Shown: piece after piece, positions 1 to 11,269 of the stretch | Numbering within the stretch: the stretch's first letter is position 1 | Layout: every line of letters starts with the position of its first letter | Source of the DNA: Octopus sinensis | Taxonomy: Eukaryota | DNA length: 64,000 bases | Direction: 5' to 3' | Assembly (NCBI RefSeq): GCF_006345805.1 | Contig: NC_043011.1 | Coordinates: 39,940,464-40,004,463 of the forward strand | Program-made: the position numbers and the translations under genes | The notes under the pieces: model-generated | What the model was told of the DNA's origin: nothing | Database searches by the model: none | Seen by the model: the letters and a program-made list of their open reading frames with translations, nothing else

Positions 1-59
1 AATGGGTTAAATCTTAAGGTCTTGCAGATTTTTTATTGTCTCAGATATTGCGATCATCT

Positions 60-568
60 GTAGTGTATGTGTGTATGTATGTGTGTATGTGTGTGTATGT
101 ATGTAAATATGTATGTATGTATGTGTGAGTATGTATGTATGTATGTATGTATGTATGATAGAATGTATGTATGATGGTATGTACAAATGTACATATGTAC
201 ACATGTACGTATGTACGTATGTATGTATGTATGTATGTGTGTGTATGTATGATGGGATGTATGTGTGTATGTATGTGTGTGTATATGTATGTATATATGT
301 ATGTGTGTATGTATGATGGTATGTACATATGTGTGTATGTACGTATGTACATATGTATGTGTGTGTGTATGTATGTATGTATGTATGTATGTGTGTATAT
401 ATGTACGTATGTTTGTATGTATGTACAATGGTGTGTATGTATGCATGTATGTACAATGGCATGTATGTATGTATGTATGTATGTATGTATGTATGTATGT
501 ATGTATGTATGTATGTATGTGTGCATGTATGTACAATGGTATGTATGTATGTATATGTGTATGTATGT
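60..568. repeat. Compound (ATGT)n/(GT)n microsatellite
   Basis: Direct inspection; it generates the spurious H/T/Y/I and M/Y/V/C ORFs. Confidence 0.95.
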
Positions 569-1063
569 CCTGGGTATGATATTAAACTACATCCAGTACT
601 GAGGCTCCAGTTTGGGTGTTCTAAAACTGTGGGGAGAGTGGAGTCATCCCTTAATTACAATTGCTCCCAGGTCCATTCTAATCTGGAATGGTAATACCTG
701 TCATGTTTCCATCCATGTTTTAAATATATTTCCTAAGGTTAGAAGAAAGCTGTGGGGAAGGCAGCTCTTCTAGGAGAAAGACACTCTCACAAAAAACTTG
801 CAATCAAAATAGTACCAGTTATCTTGCGCTGTTTGTTACTCGAACTTACTATGGCAACCGAGAGAGTGGCAAAAGTCTTGTACAAGCTTTGGTCACTTAA
901 ATCCAGTGATGTATAGCTGTTTCGCTATCATTCAATGTGTGATGGCCAGCATCTGACAAGATGAGGTAATTATCATCTATGTATGTGAATATATAGGCAG
1001 ACATGTATACATGTAGGCAGGCAGGCAGGTGTGTATGTATGTATGTGTGTATGCATGTACGTA

Positions 1064-1110
<47 letters not shown>

Positions 1111-1129
1111 ATCTTCTATTTTTTAGCTA

Positions 1130-1582
1130 TTATAAATCTTCCACTGCGGAGGGAGCCAGTTTCCAACAAAGATACAAGGCTCCATCTTTGGGATTTAGTT
1201 AAAGCAGACAAACTCACATTTGGAACTTGAGGAAAGTCTTGCATATTTTTACTGTTCCACTCACAGATTGTACTTGTAATGTATGAATTAGCCAGTCAAT
1301 TTCTCTTTCTGAAAATCCCAGTTTATCCAGATTCTCCTTTAAGCATTTAATAACAAAACCTAGTGCTCCAATTATTATTAGTATGAATATCAATTCATAG
1401 TCTGGATACAGTAGCTGGAGGTTTCAAAGCAGTTGTCTATAGATATCCACTTTTACTTTGATTTTCAATGAGATATTTATATTTTATATCTGCAGGGCAG
1501 CTGGCCTCTATGATGGTACTTACCTTTGCCCCACTGTTCCAAACAACAATATCCAACCTGTTAGGCTTACATTTGACAGATG
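1130..1582 (-). mobile_element. 5'-truncated RLE-type (R2 superfamily, R4/Dong-like) LINE, endonuclease C-terminus plus 3'UTR, copy 1
   Basis: Minus-strand translation gives NRLDIVVW..IIEASCPAD (PD-(D/E)xK-like) then LKIKVKVDIYRQLL*NLQLLYPDYELIFILIIIGALGFVIKCLKENLDKLGFSERE..LQVQSVSGTVKICKTFLKF. The 5' junction abuts (TACA)n. Confidence 0.8.
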
Positions 1583-1789
1583 TTGTATGTATGTATGTAT
1601 GTACATATACATGCTATTATTTAGTTTTATTTCTAAATTACTTGCCAATGGAAAAAGAGTCAGTTTCTGAGCTAGATTCAAGGCTCCTTCATTAGAATTT
1701 TAAACAACATCCGCAAAGGATTTGCGCATGACCATACATTTGTGTGCAATATCTGGAGTTAGCTTATATGCAAATTTGTATATTTTGTT

Positions 1790-2132
1790 TTATGTATGTA
1801 TGCATTCTCATGCATATTGTTGCATGATTAGACATTAGCTTATGTACTTGACTGCTAAACTTGAGAAAGATTTACAAATTTTGACAGTTCAATTGATGGC
1901 TTGTATCTGTAATCTTCTAATTAGTTTTCTCTTCACTGGTTTTGAGAACCTTAATTTCTCAAGATTGGTGCTGAGGTAGTTGGTTACATATCCAAGTGCT
2001 CCGATAATTACAGGTATAAATCTGTACTTGTAATCCAAGTAAAGTAGCTGCAAATTTCTCAATAGTTCAATGTAGGTGTCTTCTTTCATATTGATCTTCG
2101 AATTAATGTTGATTCACTGGGCAACTGATTTG
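1790..2132 (-). mobile_element. 5'-truncated RLE-type LINE 3' end, copy 2
   Basis: ORF 1889-2089 KEDTYIELLRNLQLLYLDYKYRFIPVIIGALGYVTNYLSTNLEKLRFSKPVKRKLIRRLQIQAIN is clearly homologous to copies 1 and 3; (TACA)n on both sides. Confidence 0.8.
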
Positions 2133-2432
2133 TATGAATGTATGTATGTATGTATGTATGTATGTATGTATGTATGTATGTATGTATGTATGTATGCATG
2201 TATGTATGCATGTATGTATGCATGTATGTTATGTATGTATGTATGTATGTATGTATGTTATTATTCAGTTTATTTCAAGATTTCTTGCCAATAGAGAAAG
2301 AACCGGTTTCTAACCAAGATCCAAGGTACCATCTTTGGAATTCCAACATCAACAACAGGGTATGTATGTATGCATGTATGTATGTATGTATGTATGTATG
2401 TATGTATGTATGTATGTATGTATGTATGTATG

Positions 2433-2838
2433 TGCAGATGTGTATGCTTTATGTATATATTCTCATGCATATAGTTGCATATCTAGACATGCTCATGTAT
2501 ATTTCAATGATAAAATTCTGGAAAGTTTTACAGATTTTTACAGTTCCAGTGATGGATTGGATCTGTAGTTTTCGAATTAGCTATCTCCTTTCTTGTTTTG
2601 AGAAGCCTAATTTTTCAAGATTGGTATTTATGCAGTTGTTACATAACCTAGGGCCCCAATAATTACAGGTATAAATCTGAACTTGTAATCTGGATATATT
2701 AACTGTAAATTTCTCAATAGTTCAGAATAGGTGTTCTCTCTTTTTCACTGATCTTCAGCTTTATATTAACATCTGCTGGGCAGCTAATTTCCACAACTGT
2801 GCACTGTTTCTCTTCTCTATCCCAAATCATTATATTCT
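2433..2838 (-). mobile_element. 5'-truncated RLE-type LINE 3' end, copy 3
   Basis: Minus-strand IMIWDREEKQCTVVEISCPADVNIKLKI..ENTYSELLRNLQLIYPDYKFRFIPVIIGALGYV..LEKLGFSK..LIRKLQIQSITGTVKICKTF (frameshifted); (TACA)n on both sides. Confidence 0.8.
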
Positions 2839-2839
2839 G

Positions 2840-3245
2840 TATGTATGTATGTATGTTTACATATGTATGTCGGTGTGTGTGTGTATGTATGTATGTATGT
2901 ATGTATGTATGTATGTATGTATGTATGTGTGTATGTGTGTATGTGTGTGTGTGTGTGTGTATGTGTGTGCGTGTGTGCGTGTATGCGTGTATGTGCGTGT
3001 GCGTGTGTGTGTGTTTACATATGCATGTCGGTGTGTGTGTATGTATGTATGTACATATGTATTTATGTGCATGTATGTATGTACGTATGTATTTATGTGC
3101 ATGTATGTATGTACATATGTGTTTATGTGCATGTATGTATGTACGTATGTATTTATGTGCATGTATGTATGTACGTGTGTATTTATGTGCATGTATGTAT
3201 GTACGTGTGTATGTAAGTATGTACTTATATGTTTATATATATATA
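2840..3245. repeat. (TATG)n/(TG)n microsatellite with an embedded ~30-bp minisatellite (gtatttatgtgcatgtatgtatgtacgtat, ~5 copies)
   Basis: Direct inspection of 3040-3200. Confidence 0.85.
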
Positions 3246-3251
3246 CATATA

Positions 3252-3445
3252 GGCACAGGCGTAGCTATGTGGTAAGAAGCTTGCTTCCCAACCACAAGGT
3301 TCCGGGTTCAGTCCCACTGCGTAGCACTTTGGGAAAATGTCTTCTACTAGCCTCAGGCCAATCAAAGTTTTGTGAATAGATTGGGTAGATGGAAACTGAA
3401 AGAAGCCCATCATATATATACACATATATATATATATAATATATA

Positions 3446-3489
<44 letters not shown>

Positions 3490-3622
3490 GTATATATATG
3501 TGTGTCTGTGTTTGTCCACTATCATCACACACGATGTTGGTGTGTTTATGTCCCCATAACTTAGCAGTTCAGCATAAGAGGCGAATAGAATAAGTACTGG
3601 GCTTACAAAAAATAAGTCCTGG
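3252..3622 (+). mobile_element. SINE family A (tRNA-like head, CORE-like domain, internal TA/CA microsatellite)
   Basis: A-box-like tggctgtgtggtaag, B-box-like ggttcagtccc, CORE-like accttgggcaagtgtctt. Other copies: 6200-6420(-), 8590-8980(-), 10490-10660(-), 14350-14770(-), 19140-19330(-), 19640-20080(-), 23850-24258(-), 28440-28640(+), 55700-56640(+, interrupted), 57100-57400(+), 57850-58000(+), 58797-59195(+), 59214-60420(+, interrupted), 61290-61640(-). Confidence 0.9.
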
Positions 3623-3671
3623 CAAGGGCACAAAACATAATGTTACCATTACTAGTGGCCATGTATGTATG

Positions 3672-3703
<32 letters not shown>

Positions 3704-3993
3704 TGTATGTACGCATGTATCTTATCTATGTAATAATAGCTGCACGACATACAAGTATACACTTGTAAAACGTGTGTGAAAATAGCATAATTTATGATGT
3801 CATACATAAGTGTTTCACTAAATCTCTTGTTTTATCATGCACATGGGTATACACTTCATAAATTATTTAAATATATACAATACCAAAAGATAATTGGGTG
3901 ACATATGTTTTAATACTTGATTTAGATATACATGGATTAATATGGAGTTCTAATCATTGGTTAATTGTTATGTTGTCTCTTTTGACATAGTAA

Positions 3994-4377
3994 TCTCTCT
4001 CTATATAAACGGCAGTTTGTCTGTGTGTGTTTCTGTGTGTCTGTTAGGTTGTACCCTCACCCTGACCACGGCTTTCAACCGATTCTGATGAAACTTAACA
4101 CACACATAGCCCAATGTCATAATTCAAAACTAACGCAGAGAAAATTTTGAAAAGTTCCCCCAGTTCTGAAAAAAATCGATAAATTCGACATGGGGTCGAG
4201 AATCAGAAACACAAACCACAGACTGTCTAGGGGACGCAACTCGACCGTTTTAACTCTCAAAAAAAATTTACCATAATTTTTTTTCCATTTTTTTGCTATT
4301 TTTTGGCTATAACTCTCTAAAAATGCTTTATAGTTATTTCCCTTACAAACCCGAGCAACGCCGGGCGATACTGCTAG
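3994..4377 (+). mobile_element. Non-autonomous Helitron
   Basis: A|TC 5' end (3993/3994), GC-rich hairpin cccgagcaacgccggg (4350-4365), 3' CTAG|T (4374-4378), no TSD. Confidence 0.8.
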
Positions 4378-4504
4378 TTTTTCTATACATACATACATAA
4401 TATAAATAATATATAAATATACGCATACATACATACATAATACATACATACATACATACATATATGTATGTACATACCTACATATATATGTATATATACA
4501 TGCA

Positions 4505-4980
4505 TATATGGGTACAGGACATCAAAAAAACGTTGAACACAATGAGAAACGAAAACATAAAAACAAAAACATAGAAATTAACGTTTTTTCGAACAACGAA
4601 AAAACAGAGAAACGAGACATACAACATAAAGAATACTCCCCTTCTTCAGTTGTCCCTGTTTCATCTACTCTGCATTTCGAAGGTTAGGACAAGATGCGAC
4701 TTTGTTGAAACAGTCCTTCCCACGAAGCAAATTAAATAAATTTTGGAATTTTTTGCGAAGGATGAAAGTGGTAACAAGAACAGGACATTGAGAACAAAAC
4801 AGTAAACACAATAAAAAAGTAAAAACAGTAAAAGACAGAACAATGAGAACAAAACAGTAAAAACAAACGATGAGGCCTGATAAGCCAAGACGGTGGAAAC
4901 ATCTACTACAAATGATTGTGATATCTTGGACTATGAAAATCTACGAGATTTAAAGGATGATGAACAAAACAAGATACTTT
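4505..4980. repeat. Unclassified interspersed repeat (possibly Penelope-related) within (TACA)n
   Basis: Non-coding element flanked by (TACA)n; the minus strand carries ctgaagaagggg, resembling the hammerhead-core motif seen elsewhere in the window. Confidence 0.35.
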
Positions 4981-5409
4981 CATACATACATACATACATA
5001 GATATGTATGTCTTTTGACCCTTAATTTATTCCCTACTGCTAATATCCTGCCCTTACATGCTAATGTCCTTCCCTTATGTTCTTACGTCCTGCTCTCCTT
5101 AATTGCCTTTTTGGTCAGAGAGGAGATCCTGAATGGAAAGAATAAGAGTGTTTTGTAATTTGGACAGATTGTAAACTGTTTGGCGATTATTTGTCGGGGG
5201 TGGGGGTAGATTGTCATGGGCTGGTGGTGGTGGTGGTGGTGGTGGTGGAGCATGTGAGAGAAAGTAGGAACAGAGAAGGAAGTGCAAGATTATGAAAGAG
5301 GAAAAAGAGAATATAAATGAAGGATGAGAGGAAGGAGGCAGGAAAAATTTGGTGGGAGAAATGTTAATCATCTGTAAGGGGCAGGGCCTGGTTTGAATGA
5401 CTTAGTTGA

Positions 5410-6060
5410 TGTCAGATGAAGATGATGGCAGTGGTGGTGCTGGTAGTAGCAATGATGATGATGATGGTGGTAGTGGTGGTGTTGGTGATGAAGGTGGTGA
5501 TTGTTGGTGGTGGTGGTGGTTGTGTTGGTGGTGTTGGTGGTGGTGGTAGTGATGATGATGATGGTGGTGGTGGTGTTGATGGTGTTGTTGTTGGTGGTGG
5601 TGGTTGTGTTGGTGGTGGTGGTGGTGGTGGTGGTGATGATGATGATGATGATGGTGTTGTTGCTGTTGTTGGTGGTGGTTGTGTTGATGGTGGTGGTGAT
5701 GATGATGATGGTGATGGTGATTGTTGTTGTTGTTGGTAGAGGTGGTGGTGATGACAATGACAGGAATAATGACATGATGACAGTATTGGGAAGGAAGAGG
5801 AGAAGGCGGAGAAGGAAAAGGATGACAATGCAGAAGAGGAGGAGGAGATGGAAGATGATGATGAGGGGGAAGAGGAGGAGGAGAGAACTACTAGAATGGG
5901 CAATAAGGACAAAAGTAGTGATGGCGATAGCGACGGTGGTGGTGATGGAGATCTTAGTGGTTTTGGTGTTGTTGCTATTGGTGATGGTGGTAGCGGTGGT
6001 GGCAGTGGTGTTGCTTTTGAAGATTAATGGCCATTCTGATGTTGAGGAAGAGGATGAAGA
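5410..6060. repeat. Compound trinucleotide low-complexity tract (GGT/GAT/GTT/GAG)n
   Basis: Direct inspection; source of the poly-V/M/G/P/T ORFs. Confidence 0.9.
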
Positions 6061-6424
6061 GGCCTGCCACCAATGTGCAACCTCAGCTGAGATGCGTTTC
6101 TCCGCACAGCACAAGGAATCATGTTGTGTATGTCACTCTCTCTCTCCTAACCAATAACATCATTGTAGTTGAATGGTCTTCATCCATTATGATGATTTTT
6201 ATTTTTTACTTGTTTCAGTTATTAGACTGCGGCCATGCTAGGGCACAGCCCTGAAGGGCTATCAGTCGAACAAATCAACATGCATTAGTTATTTTTTATC
6301 TAAGCCTGGTACTTGCTCTAACAGTCTATTTTGCCAAACTGCTGAGTAATGAGGACATAAACACACCAACACCGGTTGTAAAGTGGTGGTGAACAAACAC
6401 CGACACAAAAATACATACCTGTGT

Positions 6425-6472
<48 letters not shown>

Positions 6473-6502
6473 GCGTGCGTGCGTGTGTGCGTGTGTATGT
6501 GT

Positions 6503-6740
6503 GAGGGCACATAGCCTAGTGGTTAGGCTGTTGGATTCATGTCTATGATCAGTAGATCGTAGGTTCAATTCCCTGACTGGGCAGCACATCGTATTCTCAA
6601 GCAAAATACTTCATTTCACCTTGATCCAGTTCCCCTTTCAATCAGGGGGATAATATTGGCCTGCTCACCTTTCCAGCGGGGTGGTATCATTTGAAGGCTA
6701 AAACAATGCAAAAACACATTACGACCAATGATGTGATCAT
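6503..6740 (+). mobile_element. tRNA-derived SINE, further family
   Basis: A-box-like tagcctagtggttagg, B-box-like ggttcaattccc, CORE-like ctcaagcaaaatactt. A related-looking head (tggcctagtggttaggg) starts another SINE at 54545-54890. Confidence 0.7.
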
Positions 6741-6762
6741 GATGATGATGATGGTGTACATC

Positions 6763-7015
6763 TTCAGAGTTTATTGCCCCTGTGCATCTGCCATACAAAA
6801 ACTATCTTCCTAGTTAACCTTCCTTTGATATTGCTGCACCTCTTATGTGTCCATAGCTTACACCAGGTACATCGTGCAGAGTTTCTACCCATGCCTTTTC
6901 TACAAATCGTGCAGGGGTTCGTGATTTGTCAGCCTTCCTACTTACCAAGACTTTGGTTTTTGCTTGGTTAACCCTAAGACCCTTCGATTCCAGACCTTAA
7001 ACCTCGTCTCTAGTT
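6763..7015 (-). mobile_element. RTE-clade LINE RT fragment with a PHD-like Cys/His insert
   Basis: Minus-strand (frameshifted) ESKGLRVNQAKTKVLVSRKADKSR..ICRKGMGRNSARCTWCKLWTHKRCSNIKGRLTRKIVFV..RCTGAIN. Confidence 0.75.
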
Positions 7016-7149
7016 CTGGCAGCCACATAATTGATATATTTCTTTAACCTTTGTGTTAACAGGTTTCTGTTGAAATACAATGCCTTTGTTTCGATTAATT
7101 TGAAAAATAATGAAGGATTTAATAAAATATAGAAAGTTTTGTTGTTTTG

Positions 7150-7474
7150 TTTTTGGCTTGCAAGTACTTGGTGACCCTGTCAGTAAAGGTGCCACTTACA
7201 AGCACCCAGTCCACACTGTAAAGTGGTTGGTGTGTGTAAGGGCATCCAGCTGTAAAAACCTTACCAATGCTGACTTCACCTGTGCTTGTGCCATGAAAAA
7301 AGCACTAAGTCCACTCTGCTGAGTGGTTGATGTTAGGAAGAGCATCCAGCTGTAAAAATCCTGCCAAAACAATCACAGATGTCTGGCACAGGCTTCAGCC
7401 TGGCTGGCTTTTGTCAAACCATCCCACCCATGCTAACATGGAAGGCAGACGTTAAACGACGACGATGATGATGT

Positions 7475-7505
<31 letters not shown>
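7150..7505 (+). mobile_element. RTE 3'-tail element (family C) ending in (GAT)n
   Basis: gtggttg..ttaggaagagcatccagctgtaaaa..ccaacccatgctaacatggaa..cgttaaacgatgatg, the same tail as the RTE ORF-bearing copy at 22400-23413. Other copies near 9350-9530, 13060-13235, 15570-15830(-), 18025-18230(-), 18810-18950, 19385-19530, 36480-36700, 56705-57110(-), 60040-60210. Confidence 0.85.
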
Positions 7506-7785
7506 AGTCATATATGGGGATGGTCATATTTTGCCAGTTAAACACATGCACTAATTATTTTATCTTCACTTGAGTATAATTACTTTTGGTTTATTTGTCT
7601 GTCAAAGTTCTTTCGTCACATGTTCTGTGACCTCTTCAACAACTCTCTGTCTCATATGTCTCTTCTTGTCCTGCCTATTCTATCTTTAATAAAATAACAT
7701 TATCAATGTTGTGGTGCACCTGAGTAGTTGTGGTTCACCTGAGTAGTTGTGGTGCACCTGAGCACTGTATACAATAATTTCATTA

Positions 7786-7849
<64 letters not shown>

Positions 7850-9519
7850 TATTATATTAAAGCTAGGATAGAGTAGAATCATTAGCATACCAGGCACAAT
7901 GCTTCTTGGTATTTTGTCAGTCTTCTCATTCTGGGTTCAAATTCCACCAAGGTTGACTTTGATTTTCCTCCTTGTGACGATGATAAAATAAGTACCAGTT
8001 GAACACTGGGGTGATGTATTCATCTTACCCGCACCCCCAAGATTACTGGCCTTGTGCCCATATTCGAAATCAATATTAAGCAAGCATTTTGAATATAAAC
8101 TAACATGAAATTTTGATGGTAGGTTTTCATTTAGATTTTCTTTAATACAGAAAGTTTTCATATCATAAAACCAAGCCCAGTTTCAGGTAAGTTGGTATGA
8201 AAAGGATCAACCTCTTTGTTACCACATTTCTGTTGCAATACATTGACATCAATTAATTTTGAAAATAACAAAGAAATTAGTAAAGTAACTTTGTTATCAA
8301 GTTGTTGTTTTGAGTTCAAATCTCACCAAGGTCAACTTTGCTTTTTATCTATTTAGGGTCAATAAAGTAAGTACTAGTTGAATCCTGGAGTCAATGTAAT
8401 TGACTAACTTCCAATCCAACCAAAAATTCCAGGCCTTGTACCTATAACAGAAGAATTATCAGTGTTTGGAATATGAAATAAACATGAAATTTTGATAGAA
8501 ATTTACATATATATTTCGATAGAAAGTTAGATCACTTTAAAATAGGGAGTTTTGTATCATAGAATCTGTGAATGGTCTCAGGCAGGTTACTCTTACTCTT
8601 TTACTCTTTTACTTGTTTCAGTCATTTGACTGCGGCCATGCTGGAGCACCGCCTTTAGTCGAGCAAATTGACCCCGGGACTTATTCTTTGTAAGCCCAGT
8701 ACTTATTCCATCAATCTCTTTTGCCAAACCGCTAAGTGACGGGGACGTAAACACACCAGCATCGGTTGTCAAGCAATGCTAGGGGGACAAACACATACAC
8801 ACATATATATATACATATATACGACAGGCTTCTTTCAGTTTCCGTCTACCAAATCCACTCACAAGGCATTGGTCGGCCCGGGGCTATAACAGAAGACACT
8901 TGCCCAAGATGCCACGCAGTGTGACTGAACCCGGAACCATGTGGTTTGTTAGCAAGCTTCTTACCACACAGCCACTCCTGGTTGGTATTAAAATGGTAAA
9001 AATCATTGATTTTTTTTTAACTTGGGCAGAAGACCACAAATTTAAAGAATGGTTACAAGGGAATATCTTTGACAGGTGATTCTTGAATCCTTTTGATATC
9101 AACTCACTCAAGACCTTCAATAGTTCTATGACAGAAACTTCCTTTACTAAAGTAACATAAATTAAAACATTTTATCAAACTTTCATCTTAATTTGCTGTA
9201 AATGCTAGCTTAATAATGAAAATGTTATTTTACTAAATCATTCATTATTTTCAAAAGTAATTAAGCAAATACAGTGCATTTTGGCAGAAGCATAGTAAAA
9301 AAAATATGAGTAAAATAATTGAGATAAATTATTATTAATTAATATGTGCTGGTGCCATGTAAAAAAGCACCCAGTACACTCTGTAAAGTGGTTGGTGTTA
9401 GAAAGGGCACCCATCCATAGAAATCTTGCCAAAACAGACCATTGGGGTCCCGGTGCAGTTTTCCAGTCTGCTAGCTCATGTCAAACTGTCCAACCCATGC
9501 TGACATGGAAAATGGATGT

Positions 9520-9718
9520 CAAATGATGATGGTGCTGATGGTGAATATGATGATGATGGTGATGATGATGATGGTGATAATGATGACGATGATGATGATG
9601 ATGATAATGATGATGATGACAACGATGATGACGACGGTGACGACAACACCGATGACATCAATGATGGTGACAGTGACGATGATGACAATGATGATGATGA
9701 TGATGAACATGATGATGG

Positions 9719-9751
<33 letters not shown>

Positions 9752-9770
9752 GAATGATACTGAATTGAAT
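9520..9770. repeat. (GAT)n-rich microsatellite, an expanded RTE tail
   Basis: Directly continues the family C tail at 9350-9520. Confidence 0.85.
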
Positions 9771-10236
9771 GATGTTTCGAGTTGCTAACTTCTGCATTAA
9801 AAAAATATATAAAATAAAATATAAATGATAATAAAAAAAAAATGGATGAAGCTATCAGGATGAACTTTTCCATTCTACTTAATTAATGTCTTAGAAACGA
9901 CAAAGAAATTCTAAGACATTAATAAATAAATAGTGCTAGAGTCATTAATTTTCAGAAAAGTAAAATTATAACAGAAAACTGAAATTTCTGCTATCAAATT
10001 TAAAGAATTTGTGTCAGAAATTCTTTTTGGTAGATATAACTCTCAGAGGAACATAAATCTGAAAATAAATTAGCTGACATCTGACCTATTTTTCATTGTT
10101 GGAAGTTAGCTGCAATGTAACATGTGAATAGAAATAAATTAAGTATAAACCTATCTATCTATCTATCTATCTACCTATCTATCTATCTTTCTCTCTTCTC
10201 TCTCTTTCTCTCTCTTTCTCTCTCTTTCTCTCTCTT

Positions 10237-10287
<51 letters not shown>

Positions 10288-10395
10288 GCACATTCACACA
10301 TATAAACATGTAAATACACGTACATATACATATATATATACCTATATATATATAAGCACATATACATACATATATATATACACACACACATATAT

Positions 10396-10472
<77 letters not shown>

Positions 10473-11024
10473 CGTATATATAGCTGCACATACATATATA
10501 TGACAAGCTTCTTTCAGTTTCCATCTACCAAATCCACTCACAAGGCATTGGTTGGTCCAAGGCCATAGTAGAAGATACTTACTCATGGTGCCATGCAGTG
10601 GGACTGAGCCCAGAACCATGTGGCTGGGAAGCAAGTTTCTTACCACACAGCCATGCTTGGAACTATATATGTATATCATATTTCTTACAGTTATTCCCAT
10701 AATATAGGTTATTTGCTCCATAGTTTTTTTGTTTTTTTTTGGGAGGGGGGGGGGATTTTTTTTTTTTTTTTTTTTTAGCAATTACTTTTTAATGTTTGGC
10801 TTCTTTTCCTTTTGTTAACTACCGAAGTGTGAACAATAGGTAAACTACTTTTCCTGTTGCAATCACTGACAAGTGAACCAGCATTGTACGCTGGTGTGTT
10901 TGGTAAAAAAAAAAAGAATGAACTGGAGTAAAATGCAAAACTGCAAAAGTGTGAAATATGATATATTAATTTCCTCTGAGGAGACCTAATTAGTGATTCG
11001 GATGTGTGTGAGTGTGTATGAGTG

Positions 11025-11065
<41 letters not shown>

Positions 11066-11147
11066 TGTTTGTGCACGTGCGTGTGCATGTGCGTGTGTGT
11101 GTGTGTGTGCATGTGTGTGTGTGTTGCTGTTTTGTATTCATTTATAT

Positions 11148-11193
<46 letters not shown>

Positions 11194-11200
11194 TACATAC

Positions 11201-11267
<67 letters not shown>

Positions 11268-11269
11268 TA

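Noticed and set aside
7-694. Long ORFs in all frames (also at 2799-3379, 5368-6157, 9476-9873, 40628-41544, 59140-60255)
   Set aside because: They are translations of microsatellites that lack stop codons; no protein-like complexity.
3252-3340. tRNA gene calls at SINE heads (also 6503, 27961, 54545)
   Set aside because: A/B-box-like motifs are present, but there is no complete cloverleaf and each continues into a SINE body.
4620-4650. Minus-strand CTGAAGA-A-GGGG hammerhead-like core
   Set aside because: No GAAA after the putative stem II and no helix I or III.
4876-4905. ctgataag-cc..gg-tggaaac-atc hammerhead-like motif
   Set aside because: The core is mismatched, stem II is only 2-3 bp and helix I does not pair.
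9005-9130. Exon-like open frames on both strands (EDHKFKEWLQGNIFD; LLKVLSELISKGFKNHLSKIF)
   Set aside because: Short, with weak donors, and they cannot be linked confidently to other exons.
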